From: an uncultured Chloroflexia bacterium
Lineage (GTDB): Bacteria; Chloroflexota; Dehalococcoidia; DSTF01; JALHUB01
Direction of reading: 5' to 3'
NCBI GenBank assembly: GCA_963763495.1
Contig: CAVXOY010000015.1
Span: 38,574 to 102,573 of the forward strand
DNA: 64,000 nt
The translations under genes were made by a program, and so were the position numbers. Positions 30,991 through 41,601 of the stretch are shown here, piece after piece (positions within the stretch are counted from its first letter, which is position 1; each line of letters opens with the position of its first letter). The notes under the pieces were generated by a model. That model was not told the origin of the DNA. It worked only from the letters and a program-made list of their open reading frames with translations, and did no database searches.

Positions 30991-32193
30991 ATGGATTTAG
31001 ACCTGATTCGTGATCTGGTAGTGAAGAACGACACCAAGATCGTCCTCCTTGTGATCGATGGGTTGGGCGGTCTGCCTCACCCGGAGACAGGGCGGACGGA
31101 GCTCGAGGCCGCGAATACGATCCACCTCGACCGCCTTGCCGCCGACGGCATCTGCGGACTCACGGTGCCGGTAGGAATGGGGATCACCCCCGGCAGCGGT
31201 CCCGGCCATCTCGCCTTGTTTGGCTATGACCCGATCAAGTACCAGGTAGGGCGAGGCGTCTTGGAGGCACTGGGGATTGATTTCGATCTGCGGCGCGACG
31301 ATCTGGCGGCGCGAGGCAACTTCTGCACGGTGGACAAGAATGGACTGGTGACTGACCGAAGGGCCGGTCGCATCAGCACGGAAGCAAGCGCCGCCCTCTG
31401 TCAGGCCCTGCGCGGCATCTCGCTGCCGGGTGTGGAGGTCTTCGTCGAGCCGGTCAGAGAGCATCGCTTCCTCGTCGTATTGCGAGGCAAAGGACTGGCC
31501 GAGGGAATCTCCGACACCGACCCGCAGCGGCTGGGTGTGCCGGCGTTGGCGGCCGAGCCGGAGCGACCGGAGGCCGAGGAGACCGCCCGCCTGATCAACG
31601 ACTTCATCGGGCAGGCGCGGACGGTGCTTGCCGACAAGCATCCCGCCAACATGCTCCTCCTGCGGGGGATGTCGAAGTGGCCGCAACTGCCCCAGATGCC
31701 GGATGTGTTCGGCCTGCGGGCGGCGGCGATCGCGGTCTATCCGATGTACCGAGGCCTGGCAAAGCTGGTGGGGATGACTGTCCTACCCACCGGTACCCGT
31801 CCCGAAGACCAGATTGCCACGCTGAGAGAGAACTGGGCGAAGTTCGACTTCTTCTTCGTCCACTACAAGGCAACCGACTCGCGCGGCGAGGACGGCAACT
31901 TCGACGCCAAGGTGGCTGCCCTTGAGGACGTGGACACGATCATACCGGCCATTCGCAGCCTCAAACCCGACGTCTTCATGGTCGGCGGCGACCACTCGAC
32001 ACCGGCGCTGCTGGCGGGGCATAGCTGGCATCCCGTGCCGTTCGCGCTCTGGTCTCCCTGGTGCCGGCGTGACAAGTCTGAGATGTTTGATGAAAACCAG
32101 TGCGCGCTGGGAGGGCTGGGCGTCTTCCCAGCGACTGGAGCGCTGCCGCTGGCCCTGGCTAATGCCCGTCGCTTAACGAAGTTTGGAGCGTAA
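30991..32193 (+). CDS. apgM: 2,3-bisphosphoglycerate-independent phosphoglycerate mutase, archaeal type
   Basis: VIDGLGG, TPGSGPGHLALFGYDP, ARGNF, DRRAGRI, D..GED and GDHSTP. Confidence 0.9.
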   Translation: MDLDLIRDLVVKNDTKIVLLVIDGLGGLPHPETGRTELEAANTIHLDRLAADGICGLTVPVGMGITPGSGPGHLALFGYDPIKYQVGRGVLEALGIDFDLRRDDLAARGNFCTVDKNGLVTDRRAGRISTEASAALCQALRGISLPGVEVFVEPVREHRFLVVLRGKGLAEGISDTDPQRLGVPALAAEPERPEAEETARLINDFIGQARTVLADKHPANMLLLRGMSKWPQLPQMPDVFGLRAAAIAVYPMYRGLAKLVGMTVLPTGTRPEDQIATLRENWAKFDFFFVHYKATDSRGEDGNFDAKVAALEDVDTIIPAIRSLKPDVFMVGGDHSTPALLAGHSWHPVPFALWSPWCRRDKSEMFDENQCALGGLGVFPATGALPLALANARRLTKFGA

Positions 32194-32198
32194 CACGA

Positions 32199-32968
32199 AT
32201 GAAAAGAACCCCTATCATCGCCGGCAACTGGAAGATGCACACGACGTTCGAGAGCGCCGCGGAGCTGTGCCGCGGTGTCCAGGAACGAGCAGACGGCTGT
32301 CCAGGGCGTCGAAAAGGTGGTATGTCCACCGTTTCCTTTTCTGGCCCTGGCGTCGGACTTGCTGAAAGGCAGCTCTATCAAGGTGGGCGCGCAGAACGTG
32401 TACTGGGAGGAGAAAGGCGCCTTCACCGGCGAGGTGAGCACGCCGATGCTGAAGGGACTCGTAGATTTCGTCATTATCGGTCACTCCGAGCGGCGCGCCT
32501 ACTTCGGCGAGACGGATGAGACGGTCAGCAAGAAGGTCAAGGCCGTCCTCGCCGCCGGTCTGCGGCCGATCATGTGCGTCGGCGAGACGGAGGCTCGAGC
32601 GAGAGAGCGGCCAGACCGACGCGGTGCTGATCCGGCAGGTACGGGATGGGCTGCGCGACGTCGACATGCCCCTGGGCTTCGCCATTGCCTACGAGCCGGT
32701 CTGGGCGATCGGCACCGGCAAGGCGGCGAGCGGCCCTATGGCGAACGAGGCGATCGGGCTCATCCGCTCGCAGGTGACGGCGCTTTTCGGCGATGAGAAA
32801 GGCCAATCGCTCCGCATCCTCTACGGCGGCAGCGTGACGGCGGAGAACATCGCCGAGTTCATCGCCGAGTCGGAGATCGACGGCGCGCTTGTCGGCGGCG
32901 CTTGTCTCAAGGCCGATTCCTTCGCCAGCATCATCGAGCAGTCCGCTCGCATCTCCGCCACTAAGTGA
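32199..32968 (+). CDS. tpiA: Triosephosphate isomerase; frameshifts near 32300 and 32600
   Basis: [39 protein letters not shown] and DGALVGGA. Confidence 0.95.
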
Positions 32969-32971
32969 CCT

Positions 32972-33920
32972 ATGAAGCAGACGGGCCTACCGTCGAGCCC
33001 TCTGATCGCCGTTGTCGGCGCTACGGCGACAGGGAAGAGCGCCCTCGCCTTGAAGCTGGCCCAGGCGTTCGACGGCGAGATCATCAGCGCTGACTCCCGC
33101 CAGGTCTATCGCTATATGGACATCGGCACGGCGAAGCCCACGGCGGCGGAGCGGGCGCAGGTCCGCCACTGGCTGATCGACGTGGTGGACCCCGATGAGG
33201 AGTTCAGCCTGGGACGCTATCTCGATCTGGCCCAGGAGGCGCTTAAGGACATCTGGTCGCGGGGCAAGACGGCGTTTCTCGTCGGCGGGACGGGGCAGTA
33301 CGTCTGGAGCCTCCTGGAGGGCTGGCAGGTGCCGCGGGTGGAACCGGATTGGGAGCTCAGGCGCTCGCTCGAGGAGCGGGCCCGCCGAGAGGGCATCGAG
33401 AGCTCTGCACAGCGAGCTAGCGACGGTAGACCCCGAAGCCGCCTCTCGCATCGACGCTCGCAACGTGCGGCGGGTCATTCGGGCGCTGGAGGTGTACAAG
33501 CTGACCGGCCGCCCGATATCATCATGGCAGGAGAAGTTGCAGCCGGAGTTCGCGGCGCTTATCCTGGGGATTGAATTGCCGCGGCCGGAGCTCCATCGTC
33601 GAATCGACGAGAGAGCGGATGATATGCTGGCGCGCGGGCTGGTGGATGAGGTGCGGGGACTGCTGGCGCGCGGCTACAAGCCTGAACTGCCGCCGATGTC
33701 GGGGATCGGCTACCGCCAGGTCTGCCAGCATCTAGCCGGCGAGTGCTCGCTGGCTGAGGCGGCAGAAAAGATGAAGACGGAGACCCACCGGCTGGCGCGG
33801 ATGCAGTCGACCTGGTTCCGCCGCGACGACCAGCGCATCCACTGGCTGACTTGTGATGGTGACGTCTACGACGAGGCTCACCGCTTGGTAATGCAGACTG
33901 TTGGGGAAGAGGGATCATGA
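32972..33920 (+). CDS. miaA: tRNA dimethylallyltransferase; frameshift near 33410
   Basis: GATATGKS, SADSRQVY..MDIGTAKP, VGGTGQY, RRVIRALEV, IGYRQ and ARMQSTWFR. Confidence 0.95.
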
Positions 33921-34792
33921 AGTTCGTCAAGATGCACGGTGCGGGAAATGATTTCGCCGTGATCGAAGCCACGGGCGACGAGCACGACTGGCCGCGGCTG
34001 GCGATAGCGATGTGCGACCGTCACTTCGGCGTTGGCGCCGACGGTATCTTGCTGGCGCTGCCATCGGAGCGAGCGGCGATACGCATGCGCGTGTTCAATC
34101 CGGACGGCTCCGAGGCGGAGATGTGCGGCAACGGCGTCCGCTGCCTGGCGAAATACGCCGTCGAGAAGGGACTGGTCAAGCCGGCGGACAATCGCTTCTC
34201 CCTCGAGACGACGGCCGGCGTCGTGTCTATCGAAGTGAACACGACGGGTGGCAAAGTGGATAGGGTGCGGGTAGGTATGGGAGCGCCACGTCTGACCGCG
34301 GAGGAGATACCGGTGCTTGCGGACAGAGAGCCGCCGCTCGTCAACCTGCCCCTGGAGATCGAAAGAGGAGCGACGCGAGAGATACTGGCCGTCACCTGCG
34401 TGTCGATGGGAAATCCTCACGCCGTCCAGTTCATCAGCCAGCCGGTCGCCGGCTACCCCCTGGAGGAGGTCGGCCCGATCGTAGCGACGCACCCGTTGTT
34501 CCCACGCGGGACGAACTTCGAGGTGGCGCGGGTAATCGACAAGAAGCGCATCGAGGCGCGGGTCTGGGAGCGGGGAGCGGGGCTCACGCTGGCCTGCGGC
34601 TCAGGCGCCTGCGCGATCATGACGGCGGCGCGGCTGCAAGGGCTGGTGGATGATATAGTAGACATAACGTTACCGGGCGGAACGCTGAGATTGGAGTGGG
34701 ACGGAACAGGGGATATCTACCTCAGCGGTCCGGCGGTGACAGTATTCAGCGGTGAATGGTTGATAGACGAGGAGGCTGAGCGAGACGCATGA
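33917..34792 (+). CDS. dapF: Diaminopimelate epimerase
   Basis: KMHGAGNDF, GVGADG, NPDGSEAEMCGNG, SMGNPH, WERGAGLTLACGSG. Confidence 0.96.
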   Translation: MKFVKMHGAGNDFAVIEATGDEHDWPRLAIAMCDRHFGVGADGILLALPSERAAIRMRVFNPDGSEAEMCGNGVRCLAKYAVEKGLVKPADNRFSLETTAGVVSIEVNTTGGKVDRVRVGMGAPRLTAEEIPVLADREPPLVNLPLEIERGATREILAVTCVSMGNPHAVQFISQPVAGYPLEEVGPIVATHPLFPRGTNFEVARVIDKKRIEARVWERGAGLTLACGSGACAIMTAARLQGLVDDIVDITLPGGTLRLEWDGTGDIYLSGPAVTVFSGEWLIDEEAERDA

Positions 34793-35714
34793 AGGAGATG
34801 CGACGTCTGGATGTACCCGCCAAGAAGGACCTGTTCGAACGAGGCCGGACGAGCGTCGTGCGCAGCTTCGAGGTATCACGAGAGGACGGGGAACGCCTGC
34901 AGAAGGAAAGGCCGGAGCTGATAGCGGCGAAAGAGGCGGGCGTCATGCTCCTCCAGCCTCAGGGCGGCCGCGTCTGGCTGTCTTACGGCTTCGCCAGCAT
35001 CGATGCCCTGCGGCGTGAGTTCCGTCCGATGCTGGAGGGGCTTGCCGACTCGCTGAAGGCAAGCGAGGCGAAGGGCGGCATCTACCTGCGCTTCACCGAC
35101 CAGCCGAACCGTCCCTACATCGAGCCGGTGCTGGACCGAGTGCTTCTTCGACGCTCAGGCACGAGTGGATGGAGATGACCCTCGCTGAGCTGCCGGAGGA
35201 ACGTCTGCCCGGCGACGAGATCGCACCGGGCTTTCTCCTCCGGGTTGCTGTGCCTACCGAGTATGAGGCCATCGCCGCCCTCGACGGAGCCGCCTTCGGC
35301 GATGACGCCTGCGCCGGGACTACGTCGCCGAATTCGCCCAGCGGGCCACCGAGCTGAGGGTACTGGAGGAGCGTGCGAGCGATCGGCTGGTAGGCTTCAT
35401 CGGCCTGTTCTCCGAGGAGGAGCGCGTGCCGGCAAGATCAACCCCATCAGCCGTCCACCCGGACTTCCAGCGTCGCGGCCTCGGCGAGGCGATGCTGCGC
35501 TGGAGCCTCGCCTGGTTCCGCCGGGAGGGCATGCGACGGGCAAGGCTGTTCGTGCACGGCCGACAATGTCGCCGCCATCGCCCTGTATCGCAAGCTCGGC
35601 TTCGTGCCCGGACAGCGCGGACTCACCTATCGCCGTCCCGCCGACAAGAAGGAACTGGCTGAGATGGCGAAGAAACGCACAGGGACGTTCGTGAAGTTCG
35701 GGGGATGGCGCTAA
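34789..35714 (+). CDS. GNAT-family acetyltransferase; several frameshifts
   Basis: A C-terminal fragment carries the acetyl-CoA motif [15 protein letters not shown]; it joins the 34789, 35169 and 35426 ORF pieces. Confidence 0.65.
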
Positions 35715-35724
35715 GGGAGAGCAT

Positions 35725-36896
35725 ATGAGGCTGGCACGACGCATTGAGGACTTGCCACCGTACCTATTCGCTGAGATCTCGCGGAAGATAGCGGCGAAGC
35801 GGGCGCAGGGCGTAGACGTCATCACCTTCGCCATCGGCGACCCCGACATACCAACGCCACCCCACATCATCGATGCGCTGGTCGACGCGGCGCACGACCC
35901 CGCCAATCACCGCTATCCCGAGTCGGAAGGGATGCCGGAGCTGCGGCAGGCGGTCGCCACGTGGTACGAGCAGCGCTTCGGCCTGTCGTTCGACCCCGAC
36001 AAAGAGGTGCTGCCGCTCATCGGGTCGAAGGAAGGGATCGCCCACGTGCCGCTGTGCTTCATCGACCCCGGCGACGTGGCGCTGGTTCCCGACCCGGGCT
36101 ATCCCGGTGTACTCCATCGGCACGCTGCTTCGCCGGCGGCGAATGCCACTTCCTGCCGCTGCGAGAGGAGAACGACTTCCTGCCCGATTTCGGCGCCGTA
36201 CCGGCGGATGTCGCCCAGCGGGCGAAGATGCTCTGGCTCAACTACCCCAACAACCCAACGGGCGCGGTGGCGGGCCTCGACTTCTTCGCGGAAGCGGTGG
36301 CGTTCGCCAAGCGCTATGACATCGCCGTCTGCCACGACGGCCCCTACAGCGAGGTCGCGTTCGACGGCTACCGGCCGGTCAGCTTCCTCGAAGCGCCGGG
36401 CGCCCGCGACGTGGGGATCGAGTTCCACTCCCTCTCCAAGACCTACAACATGACCGGCTGGCGCATCGGCATGGCGGTCGGGAACGCGCGGATGATCGAC
36501 GCCCTGCGGCGTCTGAAGTCGAACATGGACTCGGGGATACCGCAGGCGATCCAGCGCATGGCAATCGCGGCGCTAAACGGGCCGCAGGAGTGCATCGCCG
36601 AGCACAACGCCGTCTACCAGCGGCGGCGCGACAGGGTGGTGGAGGTCCTGCGGTCGATGGGGCTGCGGGTGCGGACGCCCAAGGCCAGCCTCTACGTCTG
36701 GGCGCGGGTGCCGGAGGGCTTCACGTCGGCATCGTTCGCCGAGCGTCTGCTGGACGACCTGGCGGTCGTGGTGACGCCGGGCTCCGGCTACGGGCAGCAG
36801 GGCGAGGGGTACGTGCGGCTGTCGCTGACGGTGGCGGACGAGCGACTGGAGGAGGGGCTGCGCCGGCTGGCAGGGGTGGGCGCACAGAGTCAGTAG
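35725..36896 (+). CDS. dapL: LL-diaminopimelate aminotransferase; frameshift near 36110
   Basis: [44 protein letters not shown] and [17 protein letters not shown]; next to dapF. Confidence 0.85.
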
Positions 36897-37877
36897 GAGA
36901 CGCGGAGATCACTGTGATCTCACTGCGTCGATCGGAGCATCGACGGCCCGAAGCGTTCCAGCGACGTGGCTATCTCAAATGCCAGCATTCGATCAGGCGC
37001 CAGCATTTCCGCAGCGACAGCTGTCGCCTTGGCGCCAGGCTCTGGATGCAAGAACTGCATAGCCAGCTTCGAGGATCAGACGTGTCTAGGCTCGGCACTG
37101 GTCTGATTGCTGCCAGAGTGCGGCGCGAGATCCCACATACCGGGTTACGCTCGCAACTCAGCATGTGTGCTCAGCTACTTCGAGATGATGGCGCTAAGGT
37201 CTCGATGACGGATACCACTGAGGAGCGGAGAGGTCGAGCACTGCTTCAAGGAAGCGTGTCAGGGCCCGCATTCCGCGATCGTCCCCGAGTGACGGTGATG
37301 ACGGCTGCTGCAGAAGATTCTGTTGAAACTGCTATGGCGACTCGTCACGTTGCGGCATGCACGATTATCGGGCTCACGCTGCCCGACGTGGAACTGACGG
37401 GCTGAGCCAGTCACATCGGCTGCATCGAGCTCACTAGTGGAAGGCGAAATCTTGCACATTCATCCGGGCATCTGCGCGTCCAGATGGCGATGAAGAACCA
37501 CTTCCAGCGCATATCTTGGCATCGCTGCGGCAGTGGCTTTCCCAGTGCAGAAACGTAGCGCTCCTGTAGGTGTGACTTCGACTCGAAGGGTGCCGAGCTC
37601 AACCGATGCGTAGAACGGCGTCTGCGCTGACGTACCGGCATCACTGGCATGGACATTCCGCACGGCACCGATTCGCCTAGGGGCGCTATTGGTCACCGCG
37701 AGTGGGCGTGTCAGCCGTGCCTGCCGAAGCCCCATGACATAGGATGCAAGGCCGCTCGTCGAACGTGAACAGCACCTGGGCGCGATTGTCCGACGCCATC
37801 AGTCATGCTAGAGCGACGGCGTAAGCACTGCCTAGCAGCACTTCCGCGTATAATGGTCGCTAAGGAGGAGCAGGAAG

Positions 37878-39104
37878 ACGGCGAGAACTTATCCCACCGC
37901 AGAGCCCGTCGAGCGGGCGTATCTGGTCGCTGTCGAGCTGAAGGGCGCGACGGCGAACGGGCGGTCGTTCAGCAGCCAAAGCTCGCTCGATGAGCTGGCG
38001 CTCCTGGCGGATACGGCGGGCGCCCGCGTCGTCGGCCGCACCGTCCAGAAGCTGGAGACGCCGCATCCCGCCCACTACGTCGGCAAGGGCAAGCTGGCGG
38101 AGATCAAGGCGGAGCGCTCCCACATCGACTACTCGCTCGTCATCCTCGACGACGAGCTCAGCCCCTCGCAGCAGCGCCACTTGGAGGACGCCCTTCAGGT
38201 CAAGGTCCTCGACCGCACGGCGCTCATCCTCGACATCTTCGCCCGGCGGGCCCAGACGCGGGAGGGCCGCCTGCAGGTGGAGCTGGCGCAATCGGAGTAC
38301 CTGCTGCCGCGCCTCGCCGGCCAGTGGAGCCACCTGGAGCGGCTGGAAGGCGCTATCGGCACGCGCGGCCCCGGTGAGACGCAGTTGGAGACTGACCGGC
38401 GGCTGGTGCGCACGAAGATCGGCCGCCTGAAGAAGCAGATCGAGGCGGTGCGAAGGCAGCGGGCCCTTCATCGACGGCGGCGGGCGCGACAGGGTGTGCC
38501 GGTGGTGGCGCTGGTCGGCTACACGAACGCCGGCAAGAGCACCCTCATGCGGACGCTCTCGGGGGCGGACGTCTTCACGGAGGACAAGCTCTTCGCCACG
38601 CTGGACCCGCTCACGCGGCGCATATCGCTTCCCGGCAGGCAGACCGTCCTCCTGTCCGACACCGTGGGCTTCATCCAGAAGCTGCCGACGCAACTGGTGG
38701 CGGCGTTCCGGGCGACGCTGGAGGAGCTGGAGGCGGCGGATGTCCTGGTGCACGTAGTAGACATAACACATCCGGACGCGGCGCTGCAGAGTCAGACGGT
38801 GCAGGACACGCTGGCCGACCTCGGCCTGGCGGAGAAGCCCTGCATCAGCGTGCTGAACAAGGTGGACCTGCTGACGCGACGCGACGGCTCGCCCGTCGAG
38901 GGGCTGGAAGAGCTGCGGGAGCAAGCGCTCGCTCTGAACGATGACCGGCCGGACGCGCTGCTGATCTCCGCCGAGCAGGGCTGGGGACTGGCAGAGCTTC
39001 TAGGGCGGATAGAAGCCGTCCTTCAGATGGGGGCAGGAGTGCTGGCAGCGCCGGAGTCGCGCTGGACGCAGCCGGAGCCGAAAGCGCTGGAGCCGCACGG
39101 CTAG
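37878..39104 (+). CDS. hflX: GTPase HflX; N-terminal half missed by the ORF track, apparent ACG start
   Basis: The frame is open from 37854 (SLDELALLADTAGA, YVGKGK, DDELSPSQQRHLE) into DRTALILDIFA, GPGETQLE, VGYTNAGKS, LFATLDP and DTVGFI. Confidence 0.93.
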   Translation, partial: TARTYPTAEPVERAYLVAVELKGATANGRSFSSQSSLDELALLADTAGARVVGRTVQKLETPHPAHYVGKGKLAEIKAERSHIDYSLVILDDELSPSQQRHLEDALQVKVLDRTALILDIFARRAQTREGRLQVELAQSEYLLPRLAGQWSHLERLEGAIGTRGPGETQLETDRRLVRTKIGRLKKQIEAVRRQRALHRRRRARQGVPVVALVGYTNAGKSTLMRTLSGADVFTEDKLFATLDPLTRRISLPGRQTVLLSDTVGFIQKLPTQLVAAFRATLEELEAADVLVHVVDITHPDAALQSQTVQDTLADLGLAEKPCISVLNKVDLLTRRDGSPVEGLEELREQALALNDDRPDALLISAEQGWGLAELLGRIEAVLQMGAGVLAAPESRWTQPEPKALEPHG

Positions 39105-40682
39105 CCGCTGGTATCCCTTATCCCCCGGCCTCTTCCTTTTGCCGGTCCCGCTGAATCAGTTCGCGCCTGCAGTATCTTGCCGGCCAGGCTCTTCGGAATC
39201 ACGTCGAGGAACTCCAGGTCGCGTATCTTCTTGAATGGCGCGACTTTCTCCTCTGCCCACGCCTGTATCTCCTCGGCGGTTGCCGACGCCCCCGGCCGGA
39301 GGACGACGAACGCCTTGGGGGTCTCGCCGCCGTCGGGCTGGCGCTTGGGGACAACGGCGACATCGAGGACAGCGGGGTGTTCCAGCAGCAGCGCCTCGAG
39401 CTCGGCGGGGGCGATCTGGTGCCCCTTGTATTTGATCATCTCCTTCTTGCGGTCGACGAGGTGAACGTATCCCTCCTCATCGACGAAGGCGATGTCGCCG
39501 GTACGCAGCCAGCCGTCGCGGGTAAATGCCTCGGCTGTCTCAATGCGCTGGCTCCAATAGCCCTTCATCACTTGGGGGCCTTTGACGAAAAGCTCGCCTG
39601 CCTCTCCCGTCGGCAACTCCTGCTCGTTGCTGAGATCAACCACCTTCTCAATCGTATCCGCTATCGGCGGCCCCACGGATCCGGCCCTTATCCTGGGGAC
39701 AGGATGGGTATTGACGAGGGGGCTGGTCTCACTCAGACCATACGCCTCGACAATCGGGCATTTGAAGCCGCGGCGCGCCTGGTCAGCCAGTTCGGCCGGT
39801 AACGGCGCGGCGCCGGAATAGATATAAGCGAAGCGAAGACATGTCGTAGGACGAGAAGCTGGGGTGGTTCAGCATGATAAGCAGGGCTGGGGGGACTGCA
39901 AACATGTCCGTCGCCTTGTGCTTCTCGATGAGAGCCATTATCTGCTCCGGGTTGAAAGAGGGCACCACGATCTGGGTAGAACCGCTGGAAAGGCCGCAGT
40001 TCATAAGGATGGTGAGGCCGTAGATGTGATAGAAGGGGAGGAACTCGACGGAGATGGTATAGGCATTCGTATAGCCGATAGTCAGGGCCTGCCGGATGTT
40101 GGCGGCAAGGTTGTAGTGGGTGAGCATCACCCCTTTGGGAAGGCCGGTCGTTCCGCCTGAGTAGGGCAGAGCCGCAAGGTCCTCCTCGGGGTTGATGTTG
40201 ACGGGCCGGGGCTCCGGCGGCGTGTCGGCGGCCCATTCCCAGAGATCTTCCAGACAGTGTACCGCCTTTAGGTTGGGGAGCTGTGGCGCAGATGCTTCGG
40301 CCACGGGCATCATGGGGCGTCCGGCCAGAAGAACAACGGCGCCGGCGTCTTCGAGCTGCTGGCAAACCTCGCGTTCTTTGTACATGGAGTTGACAGGGCT
40401 GGCAACGGCGCCGGCGTGGAGGATCCCCAGGAAGGCGACCATGTACTCGGGCGAGTTTTGGGAAAAGATAGCCACGCGGTCACCTTTGCCCACACCCTCG
40501 TTCTGGAGAAAGCGGCCGACTTTCTTGGCCCACTCATGTATCTGCCGGAATGAGTACGAGGGGCCATCAGGTGAGATGACAGCCGCCCTGTCACCGAAGC
40601 GGCCACCGCAGGCTTCGATGTAGTGGGCGAGGTTCATCTTGGGGTAGGGCTCCAGGGTCAGCCAGGGACTCGTGATAGGCAT
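39101..40682 (-). CDS. AMP-dependent acyl-CoA synthetase (4-coumarate--CoA ligase-like); frameshifts near 39790 and 39170
   Basis: YSGGTTGLPKG, LPFYHIYG, YGLSE, GPQVMKGYW, WLRTGD and DRKKEMIKYKG. Confidence 0.9.
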
Positions 40683-40852
40683 TCTTCTCCCCCTTCTAAC
40701 AACTCATTCCAGATGGAGGGACGGTTCGCCGTTCTTCCCGCCGGTTGCGACACCGGTATCCGGCATGATACCTCTAATATCCCGAAAGGGCCATAGCGGG
40801 GCGATTCGGCGGGGTAGGGGGAGTGCTGAGTCTCAGTGACAGCAGAAGAAGG

Positions 40853-41398
40853 CTAGTCTCCCAGCAATGTGGTGTAGCCCAGATCGATGATCTCCTCCAC
40901 ATACTCAGAACGCCAGTGAGCATTGGGGACGCGCAGGCCATTCTCACGGAACCACCGGTGGTAGGACAGGTACTCTTCTTCGAGATGGCATCGCCAGGCA
41001 TCTTCCTCGGCGAACACGTCGGGGGCCACCCCTTCAAGACCTTCACCGGCATCTTCCGGGGCGATATCCAGGTCTTCCTGCCAGTAGTCGGCGAGATAGT
41101 CCAGGCAGTCTTCAAGGTCCTTGCGGCAGTCGTTCATGAGCAGGGCCATCATCCGCTCCTGATCGACAGGGGTCGCCCGGACCCGCAGTTCTTTGGCGCA
41201 AGACTCACAGAGTACCACCAGTTTGCGGGCGTCGCAGCCATCTTTGCGACTGCAATTCAGGCAGCGCGGCGCATACTCCGACGCGGTCGCCGCCCGCGAG
41301 TAGCCTACACAAGCGAGGGGTTCCAGCCGGCCGCAACGAAGGCAGGAGATGCTGGCGGCCAGCAGGTCGTTGATCGTCCTTCCCCAGTCTATCTGCAT
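40853..41398 (-). CDS. Hypothetical Cys-rich, acidic protein
   Basis: GAGG RBS before ATG 41398; CLRC, CLNC and CESC pairs; acidic C-terminal half. Confidence 0.7.
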   Translation of the reverse strand: MQIDWGRTINDLLAASISCLRCGRLEPLACVGYSRAATASEYAPRCLNCSRKDGCDARKLVVLCESCAKELRVRATPVDQERMMALLMNDCRKDLEDCLDYLADYWQEDLDIAPEDAGEGLEGVAPDVFAEEDAWRCHLEEEYLSYHRWFRENGLRVPNAHWRSEYVEEIIDLGYTTLLGD

Positions 41399-41543
41399 GT
41401 CTGCCTCAAACGGGTAGTATGGTGGTCTTGGCTCCAATGATACTATTCCCACCCAGTGTGTCAACGGCAGAGAGCGCTTGCCGGTCAGCACCGGACTGTT
41501 CCCCTAAGATTCGAAAAAACGCACTGCTGGAGCCTCGTAGGCT

Positions 41544-41572
41544 CTAATAACGGGACGCGTGTCATCCGATAA
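41544..41572 (+). promoter_or_regulatory. Putative sigma-28-type promoter of the GGDEF gene
   Basis: CTAAT-N16-TCCGATAA, 30 nt before the TTG start. Confidence 0.45.
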
Positions 41573-41601
41573 TTATGCTGACAGGGCTAGAGGAGTGATA
41601 C

